Source: Squalus acanthias (Eukaryota). Taken from it: a stretch of 64,000 nucleotides of DNA. The first letter of the stretch is position 1, and each line of letters starts with the position of its first letter. The notes beneath the pieces are model-generated. The model ran no database searches. It was not told where the DNA came from and saw only the letters and a list, made by a program, of their open reading frames with translations. Below, in pieces: positions 1 through 13,111 of this stretch. The stretch is from positions 620,001-684,000 of the forward strand of contig JASTWF010000098.1 of the NCBI GenBank assembly GCA_030390025.1, read 5' to 3'. The translations under genes were made by a program, and so were the position numbers.

Positions 1-189
1 ACAGTTAATCTTTCTGACTGCCTTTTATCACACCTCGGCAGAGAAACAATCAGGTCAGGAAGGCATTATATCAAAGACATAGCAAGATACAGCTAAGACA
101 ATGAGGTGGGGTCACGGGGGGTCGAATGTGTCAAATGCAGTCTGTATGGAAAGCCATAAACTTTAAAATTTTTACTTTTTTTTACTGGA

Positions 190-373
190 AATCACATCTG
201 TGAACAAGCCAACGACGACTCGAGTCTGGATGACTCTACGTCATGTAGCGTGACATGAACCCAAGATCCCGGTTGAGGCCGTCCTCATGGGTGCGGAACT
301 TGGCTATCAGTTTCTGCTCGATGATTTTGCGTTGTCGTGTGTCTCGAAGGCCGCCTTGGAGAATGCTTACCCG
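190..373 (-). mobile_element. Penelope-like element fragment (GIY-YIG C-terminus and degenerate pLTR)
   Basis: 373-236 translates RVSILQGGLRDTRQRKIIEQKLIAKFRTHEDGLNRDLGFMSRYMT*, typical of a PLE ORF end. Confidence 0.8.
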
Positions 374-893
374 CATATTTAAGGAAGGATATACTTGCAT
401 TGGAGGCAGTTCAGAGACGATTCACTAGGTTAATTCCAGAGATGAGGGGGTTGACTTATGAGGAAAGGTTGAGCAGGCTGGGCCTATACTCATTGGAATT
501 TAGAAGAATGAGAGGTGATCTTATCGAAACATATAAGATACTGAGGGGGCTCGACAGGGTAGATGCAGAGAGGATGTTTCCCCTCGTGGGGAAATCTAGA
601 ACTTGGGGCCACAGTCTCAGAATAAAGGGTCGCCCTTTTAGAACTGAGATGAGGAGGAACAACTTCTGAGGGTCGTAAATTTGTGGAATTCTCTGCCCCA
701 GAGAGCTGTGGAGGCTGGGTCATTAAATACATTTAAAGTGGAGATAGACACATTTTTGCAAGATAAGGGAGTGAAGGGTTATGGGGAGCGGGCTGGGAAG
801 TGGCTTTGAGCCCTAGATCAGCCATGATCTTATTGAATGGCGGAGCAGGCTCGAGGGGCCAAGTGGCCTATTCCTGCTCCTATTTCTTATGTT
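374..893 (+). mobile_element. CR1 LINE 3' fragment
   Basis: LEAVQRRFTRLIP...YSLEFRRMRGDLIETYK; 3' UTR ending tatttcttatg; inverted CR1 piece follows at ~894-975. Confidence 0.92.
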
Positions 894-1614
894 AATAGCT
901 GAGGCCCAAGCTCTGATCCTTGCGGTACCCCACTAGTTGCCAGCCCGAAAATGACCCGTTTATTCCTACTGTCTGTAGGAATCCTCACATTTGGTAACCA
1001 GGGAACTTGCATTTCTTTAGTACCTTTCATGACCTTGGGACGTCCCAAAACACTTTACAGTCAATGAAGTATTTTGAAGTGCAGTCACTGTTGTAGCGAA
1101 ATGCAGCAGCCAATTTTCTAGACATGATTGAATCCCCTATTGGTTTTATTAGTGACGACTGTCTTATATTTATGATTTCTCATTTTGGACCCCCACAAGT
1201 GGCAACATTTTCTCTACGTCTCCCCATACAAACTCTTTCATAATCTTAAAGACCTCGATCAGGTCAGTCCTCAGCCTTCTCATTTCTAGAGAAAAGAGCA
1301 CCGGACTGTTGAGCTTTTTGTGATGTGTATATCCTCTCAGTTCTGGTCGTATCCTCTCAGTTATGCTTTCTTTTCTTGCTTGCTTGAGTTTGGGATGGAA
1401 AACTGTTAGAATCAGGAATTAATTCATTCACATTTTACAAGTTTTTCTCCCTCTTTCCTCCTTAGTTGTCCATCCTAAACTATTTCTGGCCACTTAGATA
1501 TTTTGAGAATCTCTCCCAATGCGGCTCTGTTAGAGCATCTTCTGTGTGATTCTCCCTTCTAGTTTTCTCCTTTCTTGTGGAAAGCACCTAGCTGTTGCAT
1601 GGTATTTCCCTATA

Positions 1615-1978
1615 CAGGAAACTCTTTATTAACCGGCACCGACTGGACCGGCGTGGTGCCGGTTAATCAAAAAGTCCGGATAATGGAGAGTTATATCTCC
1701 CAATGTACGAGAGCCCCGTACACACTGACATGCGCCTGCATTCGGAGCTCCGTCTCCCCGGGGACCGCCAGCTGACCATCTGTCGTGTCCGCTGCCTACC
1801 CGGGCTGCACATTCCCCTCCCAATCTACACGCTCCGATACAAGGCAAACGCCTCGGGGTTTTTTAAAAAGTTATTTTTAAAGGAGAGATGAAGGAAAACC
1901 CTGGTTACCTACTCAAGAATTTTGCCGGTTAAGAGAGATTTCCGGTTATTTGGGTGCCGGTTAAAAGAGAGTTTCCTG
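1615..1978. mobile_element. Tc1/mariner (pogo/Tigger-like) MITE
   Basis: TIRs CAGGAAACTCT / AGAGTTTCCTG, TA on both flanks; related copy at 59337-59675. Confidence 0.88.
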
Positions 1979-2377
1979 TAGTATTATGGCTGAGATCGGT
2001 AACTGGAGTGTAGGGCCACTGGCATTTCCTTTTGCCCCCTGTTTTTAAGGGAAAGGTTTGAATTTAAGATTCATTCCCAAGGTGCATCTTGAAAAGGAAA
2101 AAAATAATTGACAAAAATGTCAGAACTGAAGCTGACTGGACAACCCTTCGAAAGTGTAAAATACTTATCAGTTTGTAGCAAAAACAAGTTTGGCTGTTTT
2201 CTTCTGGTTAAAATGAACGTCATTAGAGTTCTTGAATTTTCCTCTCACTTGTCGGGATGTGGTCCCATGAGTACTGTTAATACTTTTTACTCGTCACTTG
2301 GACTAAATACAATGTGAGCCCAGACAGCAAAGATCAGTCACAGGCTATCCAAACATGGGAGTGGAGGGCCATCATGA

Positions 2378-2813
2378 TTGAGTAGACGAGGCCTATATTC
2401 TCCAGAATTTAGAAGAATGAGAGGTGATCTCATTGAAACATACAAAATTCTTCCAGGACTCGACAGGGTAGATGCAGGGAGGATGTTTCCCCTGGCGGGG
2501 GAGTCTAGAACCAGGGGTCACAGTCTCAGAATAAGGGGTCGGCCATTTAGGACTGAGATGAGATGAGAAATTTCTTCACTCGGAGGGTGGTGAATCTTTG
2601 GAATTCTCTACCCCAGAGGGCTGTGGAGGCTCAGTTGTTGAGTATATTCAAGTCAGAGATCGACAGATTTTTGGATATTAAGGGAATCAAGGGATATGGG
2701 GATAGTGCAGGAAAGTGGAGATGGAGTAGAAGATCAGCCATGATCTTATTAAATGGCGGAGCAGGCTCGAAGGGCCGAAGGGCCTATTCCTGCTCCTATT
2801 TCTTATGTTCTTA
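2378..2813 (+). mobile_element. CR1 LINE 3' fragment
   Basis: YSPEFRRMRGDLIETYK...; tail ttcttatgttctta. Confidence 0.92.
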
Positions 2814-3605
2814 TTTAGTGTAATCCTGCCAATGTTCAGGGCATAATAACAGTGGAAAGGTTGGCTGGTTTGTTTTCTTCTTCCATTCCCCCCTGGCAGA
2901 CTCAGGCCAGTTGTATCTCTCTCATTTCTATGGTTCTATATAGGGCAGTGGGAGTAGTCTGGATTGTTCTAGTACAGAGCTGGAAAAGAATGGCCTGCTC
3001 CTGTGTTACAAACTTCTTTATTTCCATACAATCTTCCCTCACTAATTCAGCACATACCAACCTTCCAATTTTAGCTGGCTCAGTTCCATACTAGGCACAC
3101 ATTTATCCACTATGCAATTGCGTAGTCAATTATGATTCTTTAAACATAGTTTTTTGTGTTGGCAACTAGAGTCATGCCATGGTGTTAGGATGCTAATTAT
3201 CTTTCCATTGATGGATGTTTATGGCTGTGAAATATTTCTGTTGAAACTTCTCTCCCTCTGCAGTAGCAAAACAATATTGATATGAGCTAGATACTGCAGA
3301 AAGGTTCAATTTATTAAATATTAATCACCTGATTTCCCTTGAGCAATCGAGGGACAAAATAGTATTTGCTCCCATTGTAACTATAAGACCCCAAGTACTA
3401 ATGGAATAATATACAAGAGACTTGGTGATTTGTGCATAATTTTAGTTTCCATTTTCCTAGTTATGGCGCGGGTCAAAACATAAATCAAAGTTTAACGTTG
3501 TTAAACATTGTGTAAGGGCAGATTATTGGTGGATTGATGCACTGGGTGATGACGTGTAACTTCTGCCGTGGGTTCATTGGTTTTTGGGTTGTCAGGGCAG
3601 CAATT

Positions 3606-3916
3606 CACAGAATCCCCACAGTGCAGATAGAGGCCATTTCGGCCCATCGAGCCTGCACCGACACATATCCCACCCTATCCCCGTAACCCCACGTATTTAA
3701 TCCCCCCGAACACTAAGGGTCAATTTATCATAGCCAAATTAACCTAACCCGCACATCTTTGGACTGTGGGAGGAAACCGGAGCACCCGGAGGAAATCCAC
3801 GCAGACACTGGGAGAATGTGCAAACTCCACACAGACAGTCACCCGAGGCCGGATTCGAACCCGGGTCCCTGGCGCTGTGAGGCAACAGTGCTAACCACTA
3901 TGCCACCGTGTTGCCC
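3606..3916 (-). mobile_element. HE1-like V-SINE (tRNA head, V domain, CR1 tail)
   Basis: A box TGGCATAGTGG, B box GGTTCGAATCC; V-domain gtgtggagtttgcacattctccc...tccggtttcctcccacagtccaaaga. Confidence 0.88.
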
Positions 3917-4571
3917 TTGTTCAGCACTGTGGGGTTTAGGAACAGCTGTTTGAGTTTAAATTGGTGGTGTGATCTGAGTTTAAATCGGTGGTGTGATCTG
4001 AGTTTAAATCCGTGATGTAATCTGCACATAAAGCATTCTGAAAATCAGATCTTGGAGCAATATGAAGCATGTCCTAGAATCTTACAGCCATTCGGCTCGC
4101 CGTGCCTGTGCTGGCTCTTTGAAAGAGCTGTCCAATTTAGTCTCTCACCCCAGCTTTTTCACCATAACCCGGCAAATTAGTCCTCTTCAAGTACATGTTC
4201 AATTGCCTTTTAAAAGTTCTTATAGAATCTGATTCCACCACCCTTTCAGAATCAGAGGCGAGAGTGTTGACACTGCTGATTGATATTTTATATGAAGTAG
4301 AATACATATTTCGTGGCTCTTGCTTTGAACAACCAATGTTAGTTGGCTAGCTCTGCAGTGTCCATCTTTTCACCGGTCTATAAGGTGATGAGTTTGATGT
4401 ATTGCTTTGTACTTGTGCTTTTATTTCCTATTTAATAAAATTTAAAGCTGTTCAATGAGCAGCACAAACCTTTCAGGCAGTTCTATGCATCGGACTAGTC
4501 AAGCGGAACTGAATGCACCATTTTATGTCTTTGCTATTGTATTTGAACATGCTGTTTTGCTTATTTCCTAG

Positions 4572-4623
4572 GATTTTATGGACGCCCATGGAGCATGGAA
4601 CAGAGGAAGGAACTGTTCAGAAG
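4572..4623 (+). CDS. OGA: OGA exon 2 (GFYGRPWSMEQRKELFR)
   Basis: ttcctag|GATTTTATGG...AGAAG|gtgagt; GH84 (E)GFYG motif. Confidence 0.96.
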
Positions 4624-5327
4624 GTGAGTTTCATTATAAAAATAACTGTATTCAGCAGCTCTGTTTTGAATTTTGGGTGGCCCTCTAACCCCGTGCAGCT
4701 AAATAAGCAGCCACTTGATGCTGCATGAGAAATACCATAATAGTTTGTTATAATAGAGCCTTGGACCTGTCTCTCTTGGTGCTTGCTTTCTGCACTGGGT
4801 GCTTTAGCTGAATCCTTGGCTCCTGAGGAAACTACAATAGTGTGAATTACTGGTATTTAAAAATAAAAAATGATGAAAGCCACTTGGTCCTTCTCAGGCC
4901 ATCTATCGAGAAATAACCTACAGTCTCCCATCGTAAGCTCAGACTTCGTGATTCCAAGGCTTTTGTCTCCTCTGCCCTACCAAGAAGTTAATTCCTTTTA
5001 TTGACCACTTTCTTGTGTGAAGATCTTCACAACATCAGTCGTAAATTTGCCTTTTTGCTAGTTTGAACTTGTGCCCCTTTTGTCTTTCTCCTAATTTGGC
5101 TTGTAGTGTTCATGATTTACTGTTTTCTGTTTCACTTTTAAATAGCTACACAAAGTCCCCTCTAAGTTGCCGCCTTTGAGGCTGAATATCTCCGGTTTTT
5201 CAGTCTTTCCTCACAATTCAGTCACCTGAACTGTTGTATCCCAGTTTGTGTCCAGCACATTAGCACTGGATACTATCAATGAGAGGGCTTAATTTGCACA
5301 TGTAATGTTGATTACACTCTTCAACAG

Positions 5328-5425
5328 AATGCGCAAGTGGGGATTGAACACCTATCTGTACGCACCAAAGGATGATTACAAGCATAGAATGTTCTGGCGG
5401 GAGATGTACTCTGTTGAAGAAGCAG
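5328..5425 (+). CDS. OGA: OGA exon 3 ([32 protein letters not shown])
   Basis: caacag|...GCAG|gtgagt; YAPKDD motif. Confidence 0.97.
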
Positions 5426-5557
5426 GTGAGTGCTGTAGTGGTGATGTTTCCCTAGTTGTCGGGCACTATGTTGTACAGTTTATTTTGCACATTAATTTCC
5501 ATTTATATTAGAGCCCTGTCTCTAGTTCGAAGATGCAGCTGAACGCAACAGTAGTTA

Positions 5558-5725
5558 AGAAACATAAGAAAAAGGGAGCAGGAGTAGGCCATTCGGCACC
5601 TCGAGCCTGCTCCGTCATTCAGTAAGATCATGGCTGATCTTCTACCTCAACCCCACTTTCCTGCACTATCCCCATATCCTTTGATTCCCTTAGTGTCCAT
5701 AAATCTATCAATCTGTCCTGAATAT
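5558..5725 (-). mobile_element. CR1 LINE 3' UTR fragment
   Basis: Reverse complement of the CR1 tail seen at 2700-2813. Confidence 0.8.
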
Positions 5726-6806
5726 TAGTCACCACTTGATGATTTGAGTATTAAGTGAGCCGCTCCTTAATACAAATGGCTTTTAAAAGAATATGATGGA
5801 TTTCAATATATTGTGGCCGATATAATCAACCCTTCTTTATTGCTGTGTTTCTTCTCAGTTTTACCTGCTGCTTGTATCGGCTGTGCTCGGCTTCCTGTAA
5901 CCAGCACAGTAAGTTTGTGAACACAGACTTGCGTATAGCAGTGATATTTAAAAGCGGTATTGTTAACCTAGTGCGAACAAATTGTCTTTGTGGCACCTGT
6001 AGGAATGTATATTTAGTTAGCTGTTAGAATGGGTTCTTAAGTGTTAGGGTTTGGCAACAATTCTACTGAGGTTGCCTTGCTGTGCTACAGTGTATGATAG
6101 TACAGTGAAGCTGTTATTTAATACCTTGCTTAAATTGAGAAAGTAGTTCACCAGTTTGGGGCTGAAGTTCCTAGTTTGCACTACAAGTTGACTTCATTTG
6201 TTAGTTGGGTTGGGAGACTGTATTGGCTGGCAATATGAAGACAGCATTACTGGCCTTTGTGGGTAGAGATGCCAGTCAGCAAAGTACTACAACAGCATGA
6301 CAAGCTGACGTCCAATGTCAGCGGCCCTTTTTGTTTGCCTCTGGAAACAGCACGATAATAACAGGGTCTGCGACTTCCTGTTGGATTCTACTGTGACATT
6401 GCTAAACATGACTATTTGTCTGTCACCCTGTAAGACCTTCTAACTAAAGCCTTAGAGGAGATTGTCACAGTTGTGGTCATCCTTTCTCAAATTCCTTGGA
6501 GCAAGCTGCTATGCCTGGGGTGATTTTGGGTGTTGCTTCCTTTCTGTCCTGGGGTGGGGGAGGGGGAAAGAGAGAAGAGTACATTGCCTCTGCTCATCCT
6601 GAATAGCGCAGCGGAGTGCGAAGCTTGTGCCCTCCCAATGTTTTGGTACACCAACACGCCGCTGCTGTCTGTCCAGTTAGTCCTGCTTTGTTTAAGGATT
6701 GTGTCTCCTTGGTTCTAGCATTGAGAGTTATTTTTTCCCTCCTGCCCCACACCCCTTTTTTTGTTTTCTTTAATGGTTATTTATAATCTAATCTCTTCTA
6801 TTCCAG

Positions 6807-6937
6807 AACAACTGATGCAGCTAATTTCTGCTGCAAAAGAACACAATATTGAATTTGTCTATGCCATATCTCCCGGACTTGATATCACATTCTCGAATCA
6901 GAAGGAGGTTGCTACCCTTAAACGCAAATTGGATCAG
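6807..6937 (+). CDS. OGA: OGA exon 4 ([43 protein letters not shown])
   Basis: ttccag|...CAG|gtgggt; YAISPG motif. Confidence 0.97.
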
Positions 6938-7049
6938 GTGGGTGTTTTTATGATGTATTCATTCATCAAGTAAAAGTGATATAATCAGCACGTTTTCCCT
7001 CTTGTGTATGTTGGCAATTGAAACAGAAATTGATTATAATAAATAAAGT

Positions 7050-7290
7050 TAGCTTGCCTGCCTTTCTTCGAATAATGCCATGGGATCTTTTACGTCCACC
7101 TGAGAGGGCAGATGGGGGCCCCAGTTTAAAGTCTCATACGAAACACAGCACGTCGCGCTGATGCTTGCATGCTCTCATGGATACTTCCTCAGTACTGCAC
7201 TGAAATGAAATTGTGTTCAAGCTTCTGGAGTAGCTTGAACCTACAATCCTTTGACTCTGAAGCGAGCTACAGAGCCAGTGCTGACACTTA
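7050..7290 (-). mobile_element. DeuSINE (SacSINE1/AmnSINE1-like) fragment
   Basis: gccatgggatcttttacgtccacctgagagggcaga Deu core, homologous to 58800-58880. Confidence 0.75.
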
Positions 7291-8099
7291 TCTTGCTCTC
7301 TCTGATCCTCACACTAACCACTTTGTGATTCGTGCTCACATGTGCTCTAATGTTCACCTTGATTCTCTCTCTCTGACACTCTATGATCTCATGCTCAGTC
7401 TGATCCTGATGCTCACATTATTTCACTTGCTCTCTCTACGATGCTCACTCTTGTATCTCACTCTTTCTGATACTCAGTGTCTCTCAATGATGCTTCTTTC
7501 TCTCTAGGGCTATCTTTCAATCTTTGTGTTTGACTCTGTCTCACTTTCTGTCTTTCACATGCTCCTATGTGAAGATTGGCTCCTTAGGGAAGTTATGAAT
7601 TGGACCTGGTGATAATCCTTACTCTAGCATGAGTTGTGACTGAGAATATTGGTGGTGCGGTTGGGGGGGTGGGAATAGATACTTGCTGTACATTAGTGGT
7701 AGGAAAACATATATTAAAATATTATTGTCTCCACGTAAGCAGAATGGGATTCACCAAATTGAGCGTATTCACTTGAGAAACTTTATTTGAAGATTGGGTT
7801 GGTGTGGCCATTCAGAGATGCTTAAGTACCTTAGTGATGTGACTGTTCAGTTTCCTTTCTCCCACCTCACCTCATCTTGAAAAGGCACCTCTCTTCCATT
7901 CAGATCCCACCACACCCATGGTGGGGGTGCCCTTGTCCACTGCACCTCCCAAACTTGCATGCTTAAACTGTTCCTGAGTTAAAGAGCTGTTTAATCTGCT
8001 CCTTGATCCCTTTTTCTTTCCGCACATCCAAAAAAGCCCACATGGTGTTTTTAGTTTGCAGCCATAACTTCTGAACATCATTGTCTCCATGTTTTACAG

Positions 8100-8271
8100 G
8101 TGTCGCAGTTTGGATGCAAGTCCTTTGCATTGTTGTTTGATGACATTGACCACAATATGTGCCCAGCAGACAAAGAGGTCTTCAGCTCATTTGCACATGC
8201 ACAACTGTCTGTTACTAATGAGATCTATCAGTACTTGGAAGAGCCAGAACACTTTTTATTCTGTCCTACAG
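8100..8271 (+). CDS. OGA: OGA exon 5 with catalytic Asp-Asp pair ([10 protein letters not shown] at 8139-8144)
   Basis: ttacag|GTGTCG...ACAG|gtgagt; [21 protein letters not shown]...FLFCPT. Confidence 0.98.
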
Positions 8272-8610
8272 GTGAGTGGGCAGCAGTAAATCAGCCTGGG
8301 GCGGGTAGGGATTTTGTTACCAGTGAACCTGTAAATACTGTACTTTTTAACATGGTTTTTACTTGGTTTGTTTGTTCTTGTCTGGGGAAAGGAATCTCTG
8401 TGCGCTGCTGTACCCCTTTTACATTTGGCATTGGGCAGCTCCAAAGGTGTGTGGACTCAATGCAGAGATTGTTTACTGGAGTGTGTAAGCATGCAGGTTT
8501 GCTCCTCTGCTTTACAGTGCTACAGGGACCGTCTTCAATCCGGCAGATTTTGTAAACCCACATTTTCTGAACTTTGGGTCATTAAGATTAAGCTGAAGGA
8601 CCACAAGGCT

Positions 8611-11100
8611 TGCTGCCTGCATGCCTCAATTGTAGAAGAGTAGTAATAATGGGGGACTTCAACTATCCTAATATAGACTGGGATCGTAATAGTGTTGAGG
8701 GCAGAGAAGGGGAAGAATTTCTGAAGTGTGTTCAGGAGAACTTTCTTGATCAGTATGTTTCCGGCTTGACGAGGGAGGAGGCATTGCTGGATCTGGTTCT
8801 GGGGAATGAGGTGGGTCAAGTGGAGCAAGTGTCAGCAGGTGAACATTTAGGGAACAGTGATCACATTATCATAAGGTTTAGATTAGCTATGGAAAAGGAC
8901 AGGGAGCAATCTAGAGTAAACATGTTTAACTGGGGGAAGACTAATTTCAGTGGGATGAGAATGGATCTGGCCCGTGTAAACTGGAATCAAAGATTGGCAG
9001 GCAAAACTGTAATGGAACAATGGGCTGCCTTTAAAGAGGAAATAGTTCAGGTATATTCCCACTAGGGGTAAAGGCAGGGCAACTAAAGTCAGGGCTCCCT
9101 GGATGATGAAAGAGATAGAGAATATGATGAAGCAGAAAGAGCACGTATGACAGATGTCGGGTTGCAAATACATCTGAGAATCAGGCTAAATATAGAAAGG
9201 TCAGGAGAAGTGAAAAAGAAAATAAGAGGGGAAAAGAGCGGGTATGAGAATAGAATGGCAGCCAACAAAAAAGGTCATCCAAAAGTCTTCTATAGGAATA
9301 TAAATAGTAAAAGGGTAGTAAGAGGAGAGGGGTGGGGCCGATTAGGGACCAAAACTGAGACTTATGCATGGAGGCAGAGGGTATGGCTGAGGTAATAAAT
9401 GAGCACTTTGCATCTGTCTTCACCAAGGAAGAAGATGCTGCTATAGACATAGTAAAGGAGGAGGTAGTGGAGATACTTGATACGATAAAAATTGATAGAG
9501 GAGGTATTAGAAAGGCTGGCTGTACTTAAAGTAGATAAGTCACCAGGAGCGGATGGGATGCATCCGAGGATGCTAAGGGAATTGAGGGAGAAATCGCGGA
9601 GGTACTAGCCAGAATATTCCAAACCTCCTTAGATACGGGGTGGTGCCAGAGGACGGGAGAATTGCAAATGTTACACCCTTGTTCAAAAAAGGGTGAAAAG
9701 ATAAACCCAGCAACTACAGGCCAGTCAGTTTGACCTCGGTAGTGGGGAAGCTTTTAGAAACAGTAATCCGGGACAAAATTAACAGTCACTTGGACAAGTG
9801 TGGATTAATTAAAGAAAGCCAGCACGGATTTGTTAAAGGCAAATCGTGTTTTACTAACTTGATTGAGTTCTTTGAGGTAACCGAGAGGGTTGATGAGGGT
9901 AATGCAGTTGATGTAGTGTGCATAGATTTCCAAAAGGCGTTCGACAAAGTGCCCACACAATAGGCTCGCCAGCAAAGTTGAAGCCCATGGAATAAAAGAG
10001 ATAGTGGCAGCATGGATACGGAATTGGCTAAGTGACAGGAAACAGAGTAATGGTGAACGGTTGTTTTTCAGACTGGAGGAAGGTATACAGTGGTGTTCCT
10101 TAGGGGTCGGTTCTAGGACCACTGCTTTTCTTGATGTATATTACTGACTTGGACGTGGGTGTACAGGGCACAATTTCAAAATTTGCAGATGACACAAAAC
10201 TTGGAAGTATAGTGAACCGTGAGGAGGAGAGTGATAGACTTCAAGAAGACATAGACAGGCTGGCGAAATGGGTGGACACGTGGCAGATTAAATTTAACCC
10301 AGAAAAGTGTGGTGATACATTTTGGTAGTAAGAATGAGGAGAGGACATATAAACTAAAGGGTACAATCCTGAAGGGAGTGCATGAACAGAGAGACCTGGG
10401 GATATGTGTGCACAAATTGTTGAAGGTGGCAGGGCAGGTTGAGAAAGCAGTTAAAAAGGCTTACGGGATCCTGGGCTTCATAAATAAAAATATAGAGTAC
10501 AAAAGTGTGGGAATTATGATGAACTTGTATAAAACACTGGTTCGGCCTCAACTGGAGTATTGTGTCCAATTCTGGGCACCACACTTTAGGAAGGATGTGA
10601 AGGCCTTAGGGTGCAGAAAATATTTACAAGAATGATTCCAGGAATGAGGGACTTCAGTTACGTTGATGGACTGGAGAAGCTGGGGTTGTTCTCCTTGGAG
10701 CAGAGAAGATTGAGAGGAGATTTGATAGGTGTTCAAAATCATGAGGGGACTGGACAGAGTAGATAGAGAGAAACTGTTCCCATTGGCAGAAGGGACGAGA
10801 ACCAGAGGACACAGATTTAAGGTGATGATTGGCAAAAGAACCAATGGCGACGTAAGAAAAAACTTTTTTATGCAGCGAGTGGTTAAGATCTGGAATACAC
10901 TGCCTGAAAGGGTGGTGGAGGCAGACTCAATCACAGCTTTTAAAGGGGAGTTGGATAAGTATCTGAAGGAGGAAATTTGCAGGGCTACGGGGAAAAGGGC
11001 GGGTGAGTGGGACTAGCTGCAGTGCTCTTGCAGAGAGCCAGCATGGGCTCAACGGGCCGAATGGCCGCCTTCCGTGCTGTAACCATTCTATGATTCTATG
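8611..11100 (+). mobile_element. CR1 LINE, 5'-truncated ORF2 (APE end and RT), frameshifted
   Basis: MGDFN, LDLVL, SDH, QHGF, DFQKAFD, FADD motifs; (ATTCTATG)2 tail. Confidence 0.95.
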
Positions 11101-11521
11101 AATTGCCAATGCTGTCCTTTGGACTTCATTTCTACTGTAATTGGCCCTTTGTTTGGTGCTGTGGGACTCCAGATGGATCTTTATGAATGAGCAACCACCT
11201 CTGTTGGGATTTGTGCCTGAATTTGGCACGAATGTATTGTGAAGACAATCAGATTTCCTTGTGTGTGTTTCCCAATATGTTTTTTACTACCTGCATTGGG
11301 CTCCATTGTGCGTGCAAAACAATTTGAGCAGCAGTGCAGGTGTTTCATAGGTTTCGTGCTGCAAGTGGGGTCCTCTCAGTAATCTGAGTTCATGTTTATA
11401 CATCCATTTACTGACTGGAGCCAGTGCAAGCAAGGCATTGTCGGGAGATTCAGTTGGGTTCAGTGTGCTGCGCACTTTGTTGTGTAATCAAATCAGATTT
11501 AGTTTGTTAGAATAAAATAAT

Positions 11522-12266
11522 GGCCCAGAAATTGATCTCGCTCTGTTCCCGCGGGGGTAAGGCTTCCCCGCGATCTCTCACTCCGCTTGTGCTTTTTCAG
11601 ATCCAGCTCGCACGAACTTGATGTTCCAGACATCAGCTGGGCAGTGCTTGCGTATCCCACCGGCGTAGTGAATTCGTGCGAGCTGTGGGATCACGTGACT
11701 CAGTTAGAGCCAATGGCAGCACACCATCTTCCATTCATAAGTTTCACATACGTGCTGTGAAATCTATGAATCTTACACCCCCCCAAAATAACAGCTAAAC
11801 CTCAATTAAATTTAAAAAAAAAACCCATCACATTAATAAAATAAGTATAGTTAAATAAATTAACCATTTTAAATAAAAAATTAAATTTTTGAAAAAATTT
11901 AAAATCTTTTAAAAAGTTATAAAAATAAACTTACCTGTCTTTAAAGTCTCTAAAAAAGATATACCTGTTAAAAAAAATTCAAAATAATACTTAATTCACT
12001 ACTTACCTTGTTAAAAGTGGGTCTTACTCCTCCTTTTTCCATTTCTAAAATCTTCCGTACTTACCTGCGCGTCCAAAGCATGAAGTGCACAGCGTGCGCG
12101 CAGCCTGTAGCGCGCACGCGATGCACCGAGGAACCGCCCCCTTTTCAAAAGAGCAAGTGCCGGTTTTCAGCGCATGCGCAGGGCATGCAGAAAACCGGCA
12201 ATTGGAGTGGGAATACGCGAGAGTACGCAGTGCATACTCTCGCGTCGCGGGATGAATTTTTGGCCC
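11522..12266. mobile_element. Non-autonomous DNA transposon, PIF/Harbinger-like
   Basis: Imperfect TIRs GGCCCAGAAATT / AATTTTTGGCCC (10/12), 3-bp AAT duplication, GC-rich arms, AT-rich core. Confidence 0.65.
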
Positions 12267-13012
12267 AATGTTCCCATTTCAAATGCAACATATAGTTACA
12301 GCCAAGTTTAGAAGCTTGGCAAAATCCAAAGTGAAACAGTAACCCTATTCCCATAGTGACTTCTATAACACTGTACCTGAAAGAGGAATTACAAAGTCCA
12401 ATAATATGTTTCGGTTTATCTCTTTATAAATACTAATGATTCTTTGTGGCATTGCTTATGGTGAGTCAGTTGATGCGCTGGCTTATAAGAACAGGAGTGT
12501 TGATCATTGTGTTGCTAGTCGATTTCCTGTGACGTTGCACACGGGGAGTCAGGACCAAGTGTAAGGTTGAAGCGTTTTTAGAGGGCAAGGGATAATTGTG
12601 TAGATGCATTTAGTCCTCATTTTTAGCCGTGCCCTCTGTCTTTATTTTTCTATGATTTTATATAATTTGTTAAAGCAAAACTTGGGAAGTAGAGAAGTAA
12701 AGTTGGTTGGAGCATGGGTTCTCTTTAGTATAGGCTGAGCAGCTGGGAGATACAGAACTGGTGCTACCATCACCACCACTGGCAGGAGGGTATCTAACCC
12801 TGTGATGCCACATACTGTTTGAATATATTAAGTTTTCTTGTGAAAACATTATTATTGTGCCATTTGGCTTTATTATCTTGACCAGTTTGGAGATGTTTGT
12901 CTTTTGAGGTGTCTGGTGACTGCTGTCCATTGACCATATTAACTAAGGTTATTGTTGGAAGTGGAATTGGTATTGATTTAATTCTACTTAATTTTTTCTT
13001 AATCTTGTTCAG

Positions 13013-13111
13013 AGTACTGTGGAACCTTTTGCTACCCCAACGTTGCACACTCCCCATACCTTCGGACTGTTGGAGAAAAGCTACTCCCTGGCATTGATGT
13101 ATTGTGGACAG
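13013..13111 (+). CDS. OGA: OGA exon 6 ([34 protein letters not shown])
   Basis: ttgttcag|AGTAC...ACAG|gtgagc; frame not shown in the ORF track. Confidence 0.96.

Noticed and set aside
3840-3916. tRNA-like A/B boxes (also 61760-61849)
   Set aside because: SINE heads continuous with SINE bodies, not tRNA genes
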